Below, piece after piece: positions 36,699 to 45,205 of a DNA stretch of 46,955 nucleotides; within the stretch, counting starts at the first letter, position 1; every line of letters begins with the position of its first letter. The translations under genes were made by a program, and so were the position numbers. This DNA comes from Minisyncoccota bacterium. GTDB taxonomy: Bacteria > Patescibacteriota > Minisyncoccia > Phycocordibacterales > UBA1006. The DNA is taken from positions 88,285 through 135,239 of the forward strand of contig JAJOIF010000009.1 of the NCBI GenBank assembly GCA_021209525.1, read 5' to 3'. The notes below the pieces were generated by a model. It worked only from the letters and a program-made list of their open reading frames with translations. It made no database searches and was not told the origin of the DNA.

Positions 36699-39062
36699 AT
36701 GAAAGAAAAAAAACCAACACTTGTCCTTCTTGATGCGCATGCAATTATTCACCGTGCATATCACGCCCTTCCGCAATTTACCAACTCTGCCGGAGAACCA
36801 ACAGGTGCGCTCTATGGTGTTGTATCTATGATTTTGAAAATTATAGAAGATTTTCAGCCTGATTATGTTGTGGCATGTTATGACTTGCCCGGCAAGACAT
36901 TCCGTCACGAGGCATATACAGCATACAAGGGAACACGAGGCGAAGCCGAGCAAGACCTCATTATGCAATTACAGTCATCACGAACGATTATGGAAGCATT
37001 TGCTATTCCTATGTATGATGCACCTGGATTTGAGGCGGACGATATGCTCGGAACTATTACCGAACAACTCAAGGATACAGATATTCGTATTGTCATTGCT
37101 TCTGGCGATATGGATACATTGCAATTAGTGCGCGGTGATCGTGTACAAGTATTTACCTTGCGCAAAGGTATCAAAGATACGGTCGTCTACAACGAAGATG
37201 CTGTGCGTGATCGTTTTGGTTTTGCTCCAGAACTTCTCATTGATTACAAAGGGCTTCGTGGAGACACCTCAGACAATATTCCTGGTATCAAAGGTATTGG
37301 TGAAAAAACAGCGACGACGTTGATTCAAAAATTTGGATCCCTAGAAGATCTCTATGCACTTTTGGAAACAGAGGATGGATATGCGCAATTACGCGAAGCA
37401 GGCATTTCAGACAGAATTATTCGCCTCATCACCGAAGAACGAGAGGCTGCTTTTTTCTCAAAAACACTTGCAACCATTCGCACTGATGCACCTATTACAT
37501 TCACTCTTCCAGAGCATATATGGCAGACAGAGCTCGATCCTGATGCGGTTCGTGAGATTTGTCACCGCTATGAATTTCGTTCATTATGGAAACGCGTCGA
37601 GGATATGTTTGCGGGACAGAGTGCAGCACCCCTTGCCCCTGCCGAAGACATTGATCTTCGCGAGATACAAGAAACAGGTATTGCGCTCTGGCTTCTTAAT
37701 TCAGAAATAACACATCCCACCAAAGACGACATACTACAATACGCACAAATACATAGTTTTGCAGATGCGCGCGCATATATTTTCAAAGAGCTCGAGCAAA
37801 AAAATCTCTTTGCCGTATATCAAGAAATAGAAGCACCACTCATTCCTGTTATTGAGCGCATGGAGGGGCGCGGTCTCTTGCTCGATGTTCCGTACTTTAA
37901 GGCGCTTTCTCAAAAATATCATACAGAACTCGACAATTTTGAACGCAAGATTTTTGATATGGCGGGTATGACCTTTAATATCAAATCACCAAAGCAATTA
38001 GGTGAGGTGCTTTTTGATCATATGGGTATTTCAACCAAGGGTTTGAAAAAAACTGCCGGAGGAAGTCGTTCAACCAAAGAATCAGAACTTGAGAAACTCA
38101 AAGACGTGCATCCTATTGTCGCAGAGATTCTCTCGTATAGGCAATTTCAAAAAATGCTCTCTACATATATTGATAATTTGCCAGATATGGTTGATGAGCA
38201 AGGGCGCCTGCATACACATCTCGTGCAAACAGGAACAACGACAGGTCGTTTCTCTTCTCAGAAACCAAACCTGCAAAACATTCCTGCAGATCAAGAATTT
38301 GGCACTGCCATTCGCAAGGGTTTTGTTGCCACACCTGGATACAAAATAGTAGCCATAGACTATTCTCAAATTGAGCTGCGCGTTACAGCGATGCTCTCTC
38401 AAGAACCAGAATTTATTCGTGTATTTGAAGAAGGGCAAGACATTCACGCTGCTGTCGCTGCGCGCGTATTTAATGTTGATCAACAAGAGGTGACCCCGGA
38501 TATGAGACGCAAAGCAAAAGTGATTAACTTTGGTATTATTTACGGAATGGGTATTACTGCACTTCAGAAAAATCTTGATTCTACACGCAAAGAAGCTCAG
38601 GCATTTTATGATGCATATTTTGCGAGCTTTCCTGGATTACGTGCATACCTTGATTCGATAAAAGATTTTGCATATGCGCACGGATATACCGAGACACTCT
38701 TTGGGCGACGCCGTTATTTTCCTGCGCTGCAATCTCCAATTCCGTATGTGCGCGCATCTGCGGAGCGTATGGCAATTAATGCGCCTATTCAAGGTACAGC
38801 GACAGCGGATATTATCAAGCTCGCCCTCAAGGATGTTGTTGCAATGATTGACGCCGAAGGGTATGCTGATCAGGTTTTCCCGCTCCTTCAAGTACATGAT
38901 GAGCTTCTCTTTGAAATACATGAATCTGTTATTGATGTAGTGATTCCGCGTATTACAGAACTCATGGAAACAGTTCTCGAGCGATCTTTTTTGAAATATG
39001 AAACACGAGTACCACTTAAAGTGTCAGTGGGTATGGGGGATAATTGGGCAGATGCGAAGTAG
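36699..39062 (+). CDS. polA: DNA polymerase I (5'-nuclease + polymerase)
   Basis: 5'-nuclease N-terminus LLDAHAIIHRAYHAL. Polymerase motifs DYSQIELR and QVHDELLFE. Confidence 0.95.
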   Translation: MKEKKPTLVLLDAHAIIHRAYHALPQFTNSAGEPTGALYGVVSMILKIIEDFQPDYVVACYDLPGKTFRHEAYTAYKGTRGEAEQDLIMQLQSSRTIMEAFAIPMYDAPGFEADDMLGTITEQLKDTDIRIVIASGDMDTLQLVRGDRVQVFTLRKGIKDTVVYNEDAVRDRFGFAPELLIDYKGLRGDTSDNIPGIKGIGEKTATTLIQKFGSLEDLYALLETEDGYAQLREAGISDRIIRLITEEREAAFFSKTLATIRTDAPITFTLPEHIWQTELDPDAVREICHRYEFRSLWKRVEDMFAGQSAAPLAPAEDIDLREIQETGIALWLLNSEITHPTKDDILQYAQIHSFADARAYIFKELEQKNLFAVYQEIEAPLIPVIERMEGRGLLLDVPYFKALSQKYHTELDNFERKIFDMAGMTFNIKSPKQLGEVLFDHMGISTKGLKKTAGGSRSTKESELEKLKDVHPIVAEILSYRQFQKMLSTYIDNLPDMVDEQGRLHTHLVQTGTTTGRFSSQKPNLQNIPADQEFGTAIRKGFVATPGYKIVAIDYSQIELRVTAMLSQEPEFIRVFEEGQDIHAAVAARVFNVDQQEVTPDMRRKAKVINFGIIYGMGITALQKNLDSTRKEAQAFYDAYFASFPGLRAYLDSIKDFAYAHGYTETLFGRRRYFPALQSPIPYVRASAERMAINAPIQGTATADIIKLALKDVVAMIDAEGYADQVFPLLQVHDELLFEIHESVIDVVIPRITELMETVLERSFLKYETRVPLKVSVGMGDNWADAK

Positions 39063-39121
39063 GGTAAGGAAAAAAACACTAAGCACCCTCGTCAAACCCC
39101 GTTTGACGGAGCAAATGAACC

Positions 39122-39233
39122 AAGACCAAACACTCATTCCTGGAACACTTGTAGCTTTAACTCCGTCAAACAGGGCAGGCGGAGAGTGTGTCCGGAATCT
39201 CGTATTTATGGCGCTTATGTCGCACACATTCCA
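39122..39233 (+). repeat. Noncoding repeat element, copy 2 (downstream of polA)
   Basis: aagaccaaacactcattcctggaa (39122-39145), gtccggaatctcgtat (39190-39205) and attcca (39228-39233). Confidence 0.6.
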
Positions 39234-39334
39234 CACACATGAGGTAACAAAATTTGAAATCTCAAGAGATATAAATCTAAATGAAAAGATTTCAACAAGA
39301 AAGTGTTGCAAAGGTATTGAAACATTACGCGACA

Positions 39335-39363
39335 TTGACATTTAAACTACTTTGTGCTATACT
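39335..39363 (+). promoter_or_regulatory. Consensus promoter TTGACA-17-TGCTATACT
   Basis: ttgaca 39335-39340 and tatact 39358-39363 with TGC upstream. Confidence 0.7.
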
Positions 39364-39450
39364 TGTCAAGTAACGATACCCGACCTTTATCTAACTTTCG
39401 AGGCTGGGTGTCGGGACCCAGTTCTTTCAAATCAAAAAGGAAATAAGATA

Positions 39451-40356
39451 ATGACGACTAAAAAGTTGATCACGTCAGATGACCCTAAGGGTCTTGATGC
39501 CACAGCAAAATGGCGTGCTGTGTACAACAAACAACAACTGACAGACGGAGCCGATGGTTCCGCACAACGCCTTAACGAAAGCCGTGAGTTCTGGAAGGAA
39601 CTCGGAGAGCTGATTCAGAAACATTCGGCAACGAACCAGTACGCAAATGAGGTGGTGTCCTCAAACTACACCTACCCCAAAGAGTACAAAGGTCCGAAAT
39701 CGATTACAGAACAGGTGAAAACCATTGCCACCATGTTCGGACTTGATCCGGCACAGGCATTGGAATTTGCCAAAAACCTGCCTACGCTTCCCGAAGGTGC
39801 TGAAGGATGGTTCGCCATTCCGAAAGTATCTGCGGTTGCCAAACAGCAGTTTCCTGCAATCACCGACAAAGCCGAGCAGTATTGCGAAGCGGTGAAGTTG
39901 GTTCACACGAAATTAGCCGAAAGCCGTAGTTTCTACAACTACCGCAATGGTGAAATCGTACCCAACAAACTCCGCCAGCATGCACGCACTGTGGACTTCC
40001 TGGAACACCTGGAGTCCGAACAGCAGGGCGACATTCTGATCATTGCAGTACAGTACGGTATGCGTCACCGTGGCAAATCCATTCGCAGAGCAAGGGAAAC
40101 CTTCGCAAGCAACGAATTTGGTTTAGGTGCATTCGCTGTTGGCTGTATGGCTCTGGTTCACCCCGAACGCTATGTTCATTGCGAAGAACTGGATACTGAC
40201 TGTGCCGGTGACGAGTTCGCTCCGCTTGCCGATGGTGACTTCTCGGAGTCTCCGTACTTCAAGTTCAGTGTCGGCAAGGTCGAGTTCGGCACCGACGATG
40301 TCGACGATGCCTACGACCTCTATGGCTCCGTGTCGGGCTTCGTTCCGCAGAATTGA
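39451..40356 (+). CDS. Hypothetical protein (301 aa), compositionally foreign
   Basis: ATG 39451 preceded by aaaaaggaaataagata. G/C-ending codons (ccg, ggc, gtc, gac) contrast with neighbouring genes. No motif recognised. Confidence 0.65.
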   Translation: MTTKKLITSDDPKGLDATAKWRAVYNKQQLTDGADGSAQRLNESREFWKELGELIQKHSATNQYANEVVSSNYTYPKEYKGPKSITEQVKTIATMFGLDPAQALEFAKNLPTLPEGAEGWFAIPKVSAVAKQQFPAITDKAEQYCEAVKLVHTKLAESRSFYNYRNGEIVPNKLRQHARTVDFLEHLESEQQGDILIIAVQYGMRHRGKSIRRARETFASNEFGLGAFAVGCMALVHPERYVHCEELDTDCAGDEFAPLADGDFSESPYFKFSVGKVEFGTDDVDDAYDLYGSVSGFVPQN

Positions 40357-40410
40357 CATTTGAACTTTGAGGTCTTGAGTCTTTTGACTTCTTGATCCTT
40401 GAATCCTTGA

Positions 40411-40440
40411 GAGGGTTTGCGAAAGCAAACCCTCTTTTTT
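40411..40440 (+). terminator. Strong intrinsic terminator
   Basis: Stem gagggtttgc-gaaa-gcaaaccctc followed by T6. Confidence 0.85.
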
Positions 40441-40668
40441 ATTGCCGTAGGCAATTTTTCATATTTTTTGATATAATAATATCCGAGTCTAGGTTAGTGT
40501 ATAGTAGTTTACGGATTACTATCACCGAACTCTTTCTCCTATGAGAAATCGCAATCAGGATCACAACGACTAACGTGAGCAATTTTGACTAAGAAATTCA
40601 ACTAGGTTCCATAGTCAGGGTTACTTGTTTTTACTATATTTGAAATGTTTGTTTTAATCTGGTGCGAG

Positions 40669-41388
40669 TTAAAATGGGGATGCATTTTTTAAACGAGAAG
40701 AATCTTTTTCTAAAATTTCATTCATGAGCTCAATTTGAATTTTTTGTATTTCAAATAATTCTCGTTGTTGTTTGATCATGAGATGGTCTATTTTTTCATG
40801 AAGCGCCCTGATTTCAAGTTCTGCTTTAAGGTTGACGACATAGTCTTTTTCCGCTCGTTCGCGATCTTTTTCCTCTTGTCTGTTTTGACTCATCATAATG
40901 ACAGGCGCCTGAAGTGCTGCAAGGGTAGAGAGAATGAGGTTGAGCAAGATAAATGGATAGGGGTCAAAACTTTTTTGTGAAAGAAGTACCATGTTAAGGA
41001 TAATCCAAATCGCCAGAAAAATCCCAAAAGATATAATAAAGGTCCAGCTCCCTCCAAAAGAAGCAACACGATCCGCGATACGCTGACCGAGGGTTATTTC
41101 TTCTTGGTATTCAAGATCAATGTTCTCGCTAATAGGTTTTTCATTCACAATAGATTGGATTACCTCTTGTTCAAGCGATGAAAGGGTTGGTAATTCTTTT
41201 GCGAGATAGTGGGTAATTTGTTTTTTGCGATATTCACTGAGTTCGTTGCGAGATATAAAGTCGTCTTCTGTAGCATGAGGGTGTTCTTGTTTAATGAGAT
41301 CTAAAATTGCTGGACGTACAACATGTAATGAAATCTCATTACCTTTTTCAATTTCTTTCCCAGAGATAAAACTCGTATGATTTTTCAT
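40669..41388 (-). CDS. DUF1003-family membrane protein
   Basis: GSWTFIISFGIFLAIWIILN...FDPYPFILLNLILSTLAALQAPVIMMSQNRQEEKDRERAEKDYVVNLKAELEI. Start taken at ATG 41388. Confidence 0.75.
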   Translation of the reverse strand: MKNHTSFISGKEIEKGNEISLHVVRPAILDLIKQEHPHATEDDFISRNELSEYRKKQITHYLAKELPTLSSLEQEVIQSIVNEKPISENIDLEYQEEITLGQRIADRVASFGGSWTFIISFGIFLAIWIILNMVLLSQKSFDPYPFILLNLILSTLAALQAPVIMMSQNRQEEKDRERAEKDYVVNLKAELEIRALHEKIDHLMIKQQRELFEIQKIQIELMNEILEKDSSRLKNASPF

Positions 41389-41420
41389 AGAATAATAGTA
41401 TACCATCTCTGGTATGTGTA

Positions 41421-41828
41421 TCAAATAATGAGTGTTACTCCATACGTCACCCCAGAAACGAGTGCGCCGAGCACAGTACCCCATAAGAGATCTACGGCAG
41501 TAACAATAATAGGCCAATTCTTGAGCGTTGCAAGATTGGTGAGATCATATGTTGCATAGGTCATGAATCCAAAGAGTCCTCCGTATATAATTGCACGCAT
41601 CAATGATGTCTCTGCAAGCGCCGGCATAATTGCAAAGAATACTAATCCTCCCACAAAGAGCATGTAAAAAATAATTGCAGCAGACCAGAGGATAGGTGAG
41701 CGCATCATATGTCCGAGATGTTTTGCATAAAATGAGCGCGCCACAATACCAAGCCAGAGCATATCAATAATAAAAAATACAGGCAGTGCAATACTATAGA
41801 TGAGAAGAAAATAAAAGAAAGGATGCAT
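41421..41828 (-). CDS. DUF2177-like small membrane protein
   Basis: Four TM helices, with DMLWLG...Y and TYATYDLTNLATLKNWP...DLLWG patterns. The start at 41828 avoids overlap with the upstream gene. Confidence 0.55.
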   Translation of the reverse strand: MHPFFYFLLIYSIALPVFFIIDMLWLGIVARSFYAKHLGHMMRSPILWSAAIIFYMLFVGGLVFFAIMPALAETSLMRAIIYGGLFGFMTYATYDLTNLATLKNWPIIVTAVDLLWGTVLGALVSGVTYGVTLII

Positions 41829-41829
41829 A

Positions 41830-42463
41830 CTAAGAGAGTTTTGGTTTTTTGATAACATCAATTACTTTTCCATTAATAAAGAATTCATCATCCTCGTGAA
41901 TATAGATAGGAGGGAAGTCGCGTGTTGAATCTGACATAAGCACAATACTGCCGTCTTCATTTCTGATGAATCTCTTGATATTTGCTTGTTCGTCAATAAT
42001 AGAGAGGACAATGTCTTTGTTTTTTGGGGCAAGGTACGTGCTGTCAATAATGAGGTAGTCTCCGTCATCAATAGTCTTGTCATTAATTTTTGCGCGGTTC
42101 ATAGAAATACCATCAGCGCGCACAGCAAAGATACCTTCTGTTTTGGGGAGCATACGAGAAGATACCTTGAGGTGATTTTCAATATTTTGTTCAGCAAAAA
42201 TAGTCGCTGGCCCACAATTCGCCATACCAACAATAGGAATAGAAACAAATGGTGATGCTAGAGAACTCTTGCGTTCTTTTTTTTTGGATAAGGGCATTTT
42301 TGGAATCATACACAATGAACCCCTTTTTCTGTAATTGGGTGAGGTGATGTTTGATTTTTTGAGGAGATTCCTCGCCGACAGTATACCCAATTTCGCGCAA
42401 GGTTTTGCCGCTCATGTTTTTCATAGTAATAAGATCAAGCAATTTTTTTTGTATAGGATGCAT
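41830..42463 (-). pseudogene. LexA-like repressor (wHTH + S24 peptidase) split by a 1-nt frameshift in a T9/A9 run
   Basis: N-terminal frame: MHPIQKKLLDLITMKNMSGKTLREIGYTVGEESPQKIKHHLTQLQKKGFIVYD. C-terminal frame: ...IVGMANCGPATIFAEQ...ADGISM...IKRF. The frames join at the homopolymer 42277-42285. Confidence 0.65.
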
Positions 42464-42558
42464 AGATGTCAGATGTGTTAGGTGGATACGTCTTCTATTA
42501 TAGGGAAGGTTGTCAAGAATTGCAAAAAGTTTTCCACAGTTCTTTATTTTTATAAAAC

Positions 42559-42586
42559 TTGACAAACTTTACAAAAAAAATATACT
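42559..42586 (+). promoter_or_regulatory. Promoter TTGACA-16-TATACT
   Basis: ttgaca 42559-42564 and tatact 42581-42586. Confidence 0.65.
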
Positions 42587-42622
42587 AGAGATACATTATT
42601 CATATCATATAACACAGATCAT

Positions 42623-42748
42623 ATGCACAACGACATCAACAAACAACAAAGACGCAAAGCGCTCAAAGATCGCAAAAAATCAAAACCATTTTCTTTCTAT
42701 GTGCGTATTGGTGGATTTGAAATCTTTAATACTTCAAAAAAATCATAA
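42623..42748 (+). CDS. Small basic ORF (41 aa)
   Basis: MHNDINKQQRRKALKDRKKSKPFSFYVRIGGFEIFNTSKKS*. Bracketed by its own promoter and a strong terminator, and divergent from the LexA-like gene. Not in the ORF track because it is under 60 aa. Confidence 0.4.
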   Translation: MHNDINKQQRRKALKDRKKSKPFSFYVRIGGFEIFNTSKKS

Positions 42749-42751
42749 CAG

Positions 42752-42786
42752 AAAAACCTCAGGTTGCTGTAACCTGAGGTTTTTTG
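42752..42786 (+). terminator. Intrinsic terminator
   Basis: Stem acctcaggtt/aacctgaggt plus T5. Confidence 0.85.
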
Positions 42787-42931
42787 ATGGGCGGTGCTTT
42801 GTATAAGTTTTTAAAAATAACCCTTCTCTTTTAGATGTCACATATTTATGGTTATTTTGCTAGTTACGCAGTTTTTGTATAAAAATGTTTCATGAAGACC
42901 TTATCCTCTATCTGTGCTATACTACAAACAT

Positions 42932-43942
42932 ATGAAACACAAAGATACACTTACCCGAACTATTAAACGATTATTCGCTGAACCCAAGGGAATCTTGGCT
43001 ATTGATGAAAGTATTTCTACATGCAACGGGCGTTTTGAGGCGCTCGGTGTTGCAACCACCGAAGAAAATCGTCGTGACTTTCGCCACATGCTCGTTACTG
43101 CGCCGCGCATTGAAGAATATGTTTCAGGGTACATTCTTTTTGATGAAACAATCCGCCAATCATCACCAGATGGAAAAAATTTTGCACACATACTCAAAGA
43201 AAAGGGTATTGATGTAGGTATTAAGGTGGATACAGGCACCCATCCGCTTCCTTTTTCTGAAGGCGAACTCATTACCGAGGGGCTTGATGGATTGCGCGAT
43301 CGACTTGTCGAGTATCGTGAAACTTATGGCGCTACATTTGCAAAATGGCGCGCAGAATTACATATGGGCGCAGATATGCCGTCTGATACTGCTATGCTTA
43401 CTAATGCACATGCGCTCGCGCGTTATGCAGCCCTGTGTCAAGAAGAGGGAATAGTACCTATTGTTGAGCCAGAAGTCATGATGACAGGCGATCATGCCAT
43501 CGAAGAATTTTATGATGTACTCGCAAGTAATTTTGATATTCTCTTTGGAGAATTAGAAGCCCAAGGTGTATGGCTTTCTGGGATCATTATCAAGAGTCCT
43601 ATGGTGATTGATGGCAAAGATGCGCCTCTCCAATCAACCCCTGAAGTGATTGCAGAAAAAACACTTGATTGTTTCAAGCAATTTATTCCTCACGAAGTAG
43701 GTGGTATTGTATTTCTTTCTGGTGGGCAATCTCCAGACCAAGCACTTACAAATCTTAATGCTATTGGTGTGCGCACGGCAAAGAAAAAATATCCATGGCC
43801 AATTACCTTTTCATTTGGGCGGGCCATTCAACAGCCAGCACTTGAAGCATGGGCACACAATCCAAAAGATCATGCTACCGCCCAAGATCTGTTGGTTGCA
43901 ACAGCGCGTGCTAATAGTGCTGCAACAATAGGTAAGGCATAA
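42932..43942 (+). CDS. fba: Class I fructose-bisphosphate aldolase
   Basis: ILAIDESISTCNGRF, GYILFDETIRQ and GIKVDTG. ATG 42932 lies 8 nt after TGCTATACT. Confidence 0.85.
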   Translation: MKHKDTLTRTIKRLFAEPKGILAIDESISTCNGRFEALGVATTEENRRDFRHMLVTAPRIEEYVSGYILFDETIRQSSPDGKNFAHILKEKGIDVGIKVDTGTHPLPFSEGELITEGLDGLRDRLVEYRETYGATFAKWRAELHMGADMPSDTAMLTNAHALARYAALCQEEGIVPIVEPEVMMTGDHAIEEFYDVLASNFDILFGELEAQGVWLSGIIIKSPMVIDGKDAPLQSTPEVIAEKTLDCFKQFIPHEVGGIVFLSGGQSPDQALTNLNAIGVRTAKKKYPWPITFSFGRAIQQPALEAWAHNPKDHATAQDLLVATARANSAATIGKA

Positions 43943-43984
43943 TTTCTTGCAAAGCACATCTCTTGGTATATACTGATACTATCT

Positions 43985-44455
43985 ATGAGTACACAGATTG
44001 ACCACACACATATTATTGACTGGGTATCTTATGCGCCACTCATTTTCTTCATTGCACTGCTTGGTGGTGTGGTTGCGCACACATACGCGCCCATGTCATT
44101 TGTGCAACCTGTAATAGGTTTCTTTTTTGGTGCCGTGCTCCTTTTTGGCGCCCCTGTTTTTATTATATGGTCACAACGCGCACGGCACACACTCTATGTT
44201 CCTGTTCACGAGCGCACATGCGATCATTATGATGTGGGTCCCTACAAAGTGAGCCGTCATCCGTCTTATCTCGGTTTCTTTATGATGTTGTTTGGTTTTG
44301 CGCTTCTCATTAATGCATTTGTACTTTTCCTTGTCGCTCTTGTACTTGTTCCTGTATTTACTTTTATTATTATTCCTAAAGAAGAAGCAATGCTCATTGA
44401 AGTCTGCGGTGATGCATATCGAGAATATCGCGCCAAAGTGCGCATGTGGTTCTAA
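43985..44455 (+). CDS. ICMT/PEMT-family membrane methyltransferase
   Basis: GPYKVSRHPSYLGFFMMLFG and EEAMLIEVCGDAYREYRAKV. Confidence 0.75.
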   Translation: MSTQIDHTHIIDWVSYAPLIFFIALLGGVVAHTYAPMSFVQPVIGFFFGAVLLFGAPVFIIWSQRARHTLYVPVHERTCDHYDVGPYKVSRHPSYLGFFMMLFGFALLINAFVLFLVALVLVPVFTFIIIPKEEAMLIEVCGDAYREYRAKVRMWF

Positions 44456-44458
44456 TAT

Positions 44459-45148
44459 ATGCTGGTTCTTTTGTATGGTGATGATCGTGCGCGTATTCAT
44501 GATCACATAGAGACATTGTGTGGAGGTGTGTCATATCAATCATATGATGATGAAACTATTGATTATGAATTTCTCATACAAAGCATCCAAGGCACTGATT
44601 TATTTGCAGCGCCCACTCCTGTCGTTATCTATGGGCTTTTAGAAAAAAAGTCTGGGCAAGATTTTTTTCAAGAATATGCGGATCGTATGCACGCACACCG
44701 CACGCCATATATTTTTGTTGAGCATTCCTTGACCACACCCTTCAAGAAAAAGATAATACAAACCACTCCTGAGATACATGAATACACCTTACCCAAAGAT
44801 ACGAACAAGTCCGCATTTAATGTATTTGCACTGAATGACGCGTATGCCTCTCGGGACAAGAAAAAGATGTGGATCCTCTTTCATGAAGCGCTCCGCTCTG
44901 GTATGAGCGCTGAAGAAATACATGGACTCTTGTGGTGGCAAATAAAAAATATCGCAGTAGTATGTCGCGAAGGAATAAATCCAGGACTGCATAATTTTGT
45001 TTTTGAAAAAACAAAACGAGCATGTAAGCTCTTTCCTGTTGCAGATATAGAGGCGCACAGCACTGCGCTGTATGAAATATTTCATGAATCAAGACGCGGC
45101 GGCACACCTCTGGATGTAAGTCTAGAGATGTTTATTTTGAATATGTAG
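44459..45148 (+). CDS. holA: DNA polymerase III delta subunit-like (HolA)
   Basis: N-terminal LVLLYGDD, and a later FALNDAYASRDKKKMWILFHEALRSGMSAEEIHGLLWWQIKNI resembling delta domain III. Shorter than typical. Confidence 0.5.
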   Translation: MLVLLYGDDRARIHDHIETLCGGVSYQSYDDETIDYEFLIQSIQGTDLFAAPTPVVIYGLLEKKSGQDFFQEYADRMHAHRTPYIFVEHSLTTPFKKKIIQTTPEIHEYTLPKDTNKSAFNVFALNDAYASRDKKKMWILFHEALRSGMSAEEIHGLLWWQIKNIAVVCREGINPGLHNFVFEKTKRACKLFPVADIEAHSTALYEIFHESRRGGTPLDVSLEMFILNM

Positions 45149-45156
45149 GGTAAGTG

Positions 45157-45185
45157 AAAACACACATCGCTGATGTGTGTTTTTG
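45157..45185. terminator. Bidirectional intrinsic terminator
   Basis: Stem acacacatc/gatgtgtgt flanked by A- and T-runs. Confidence 0.75.
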
Positions 45186-45205
45186 TATACGATGCTTTCT
45201 TGTCT

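Noticed and set aside
36390-39233. Integron attC sites or a composite transposon carrying polA; also a type III toxin-antitoxin RNA repeat upstream of the ATPase
   Set aside because: No integrase or transposase is present, there are no clear terminal inverted repeats or R/L core pairs, and polA is a core gene. The internal sub-repeats are only loosely similar and are not tandem, unlike ToxI-type arrays.
42510-42806. 98-aa + strand ORF spanning the LexA-like promoter region
   Set aside because: It would begin upstream of the mapped promoter elements and run through the terminator hairpin. The 41-codon ORF in another frame fits the promoter and terminator boundaries.
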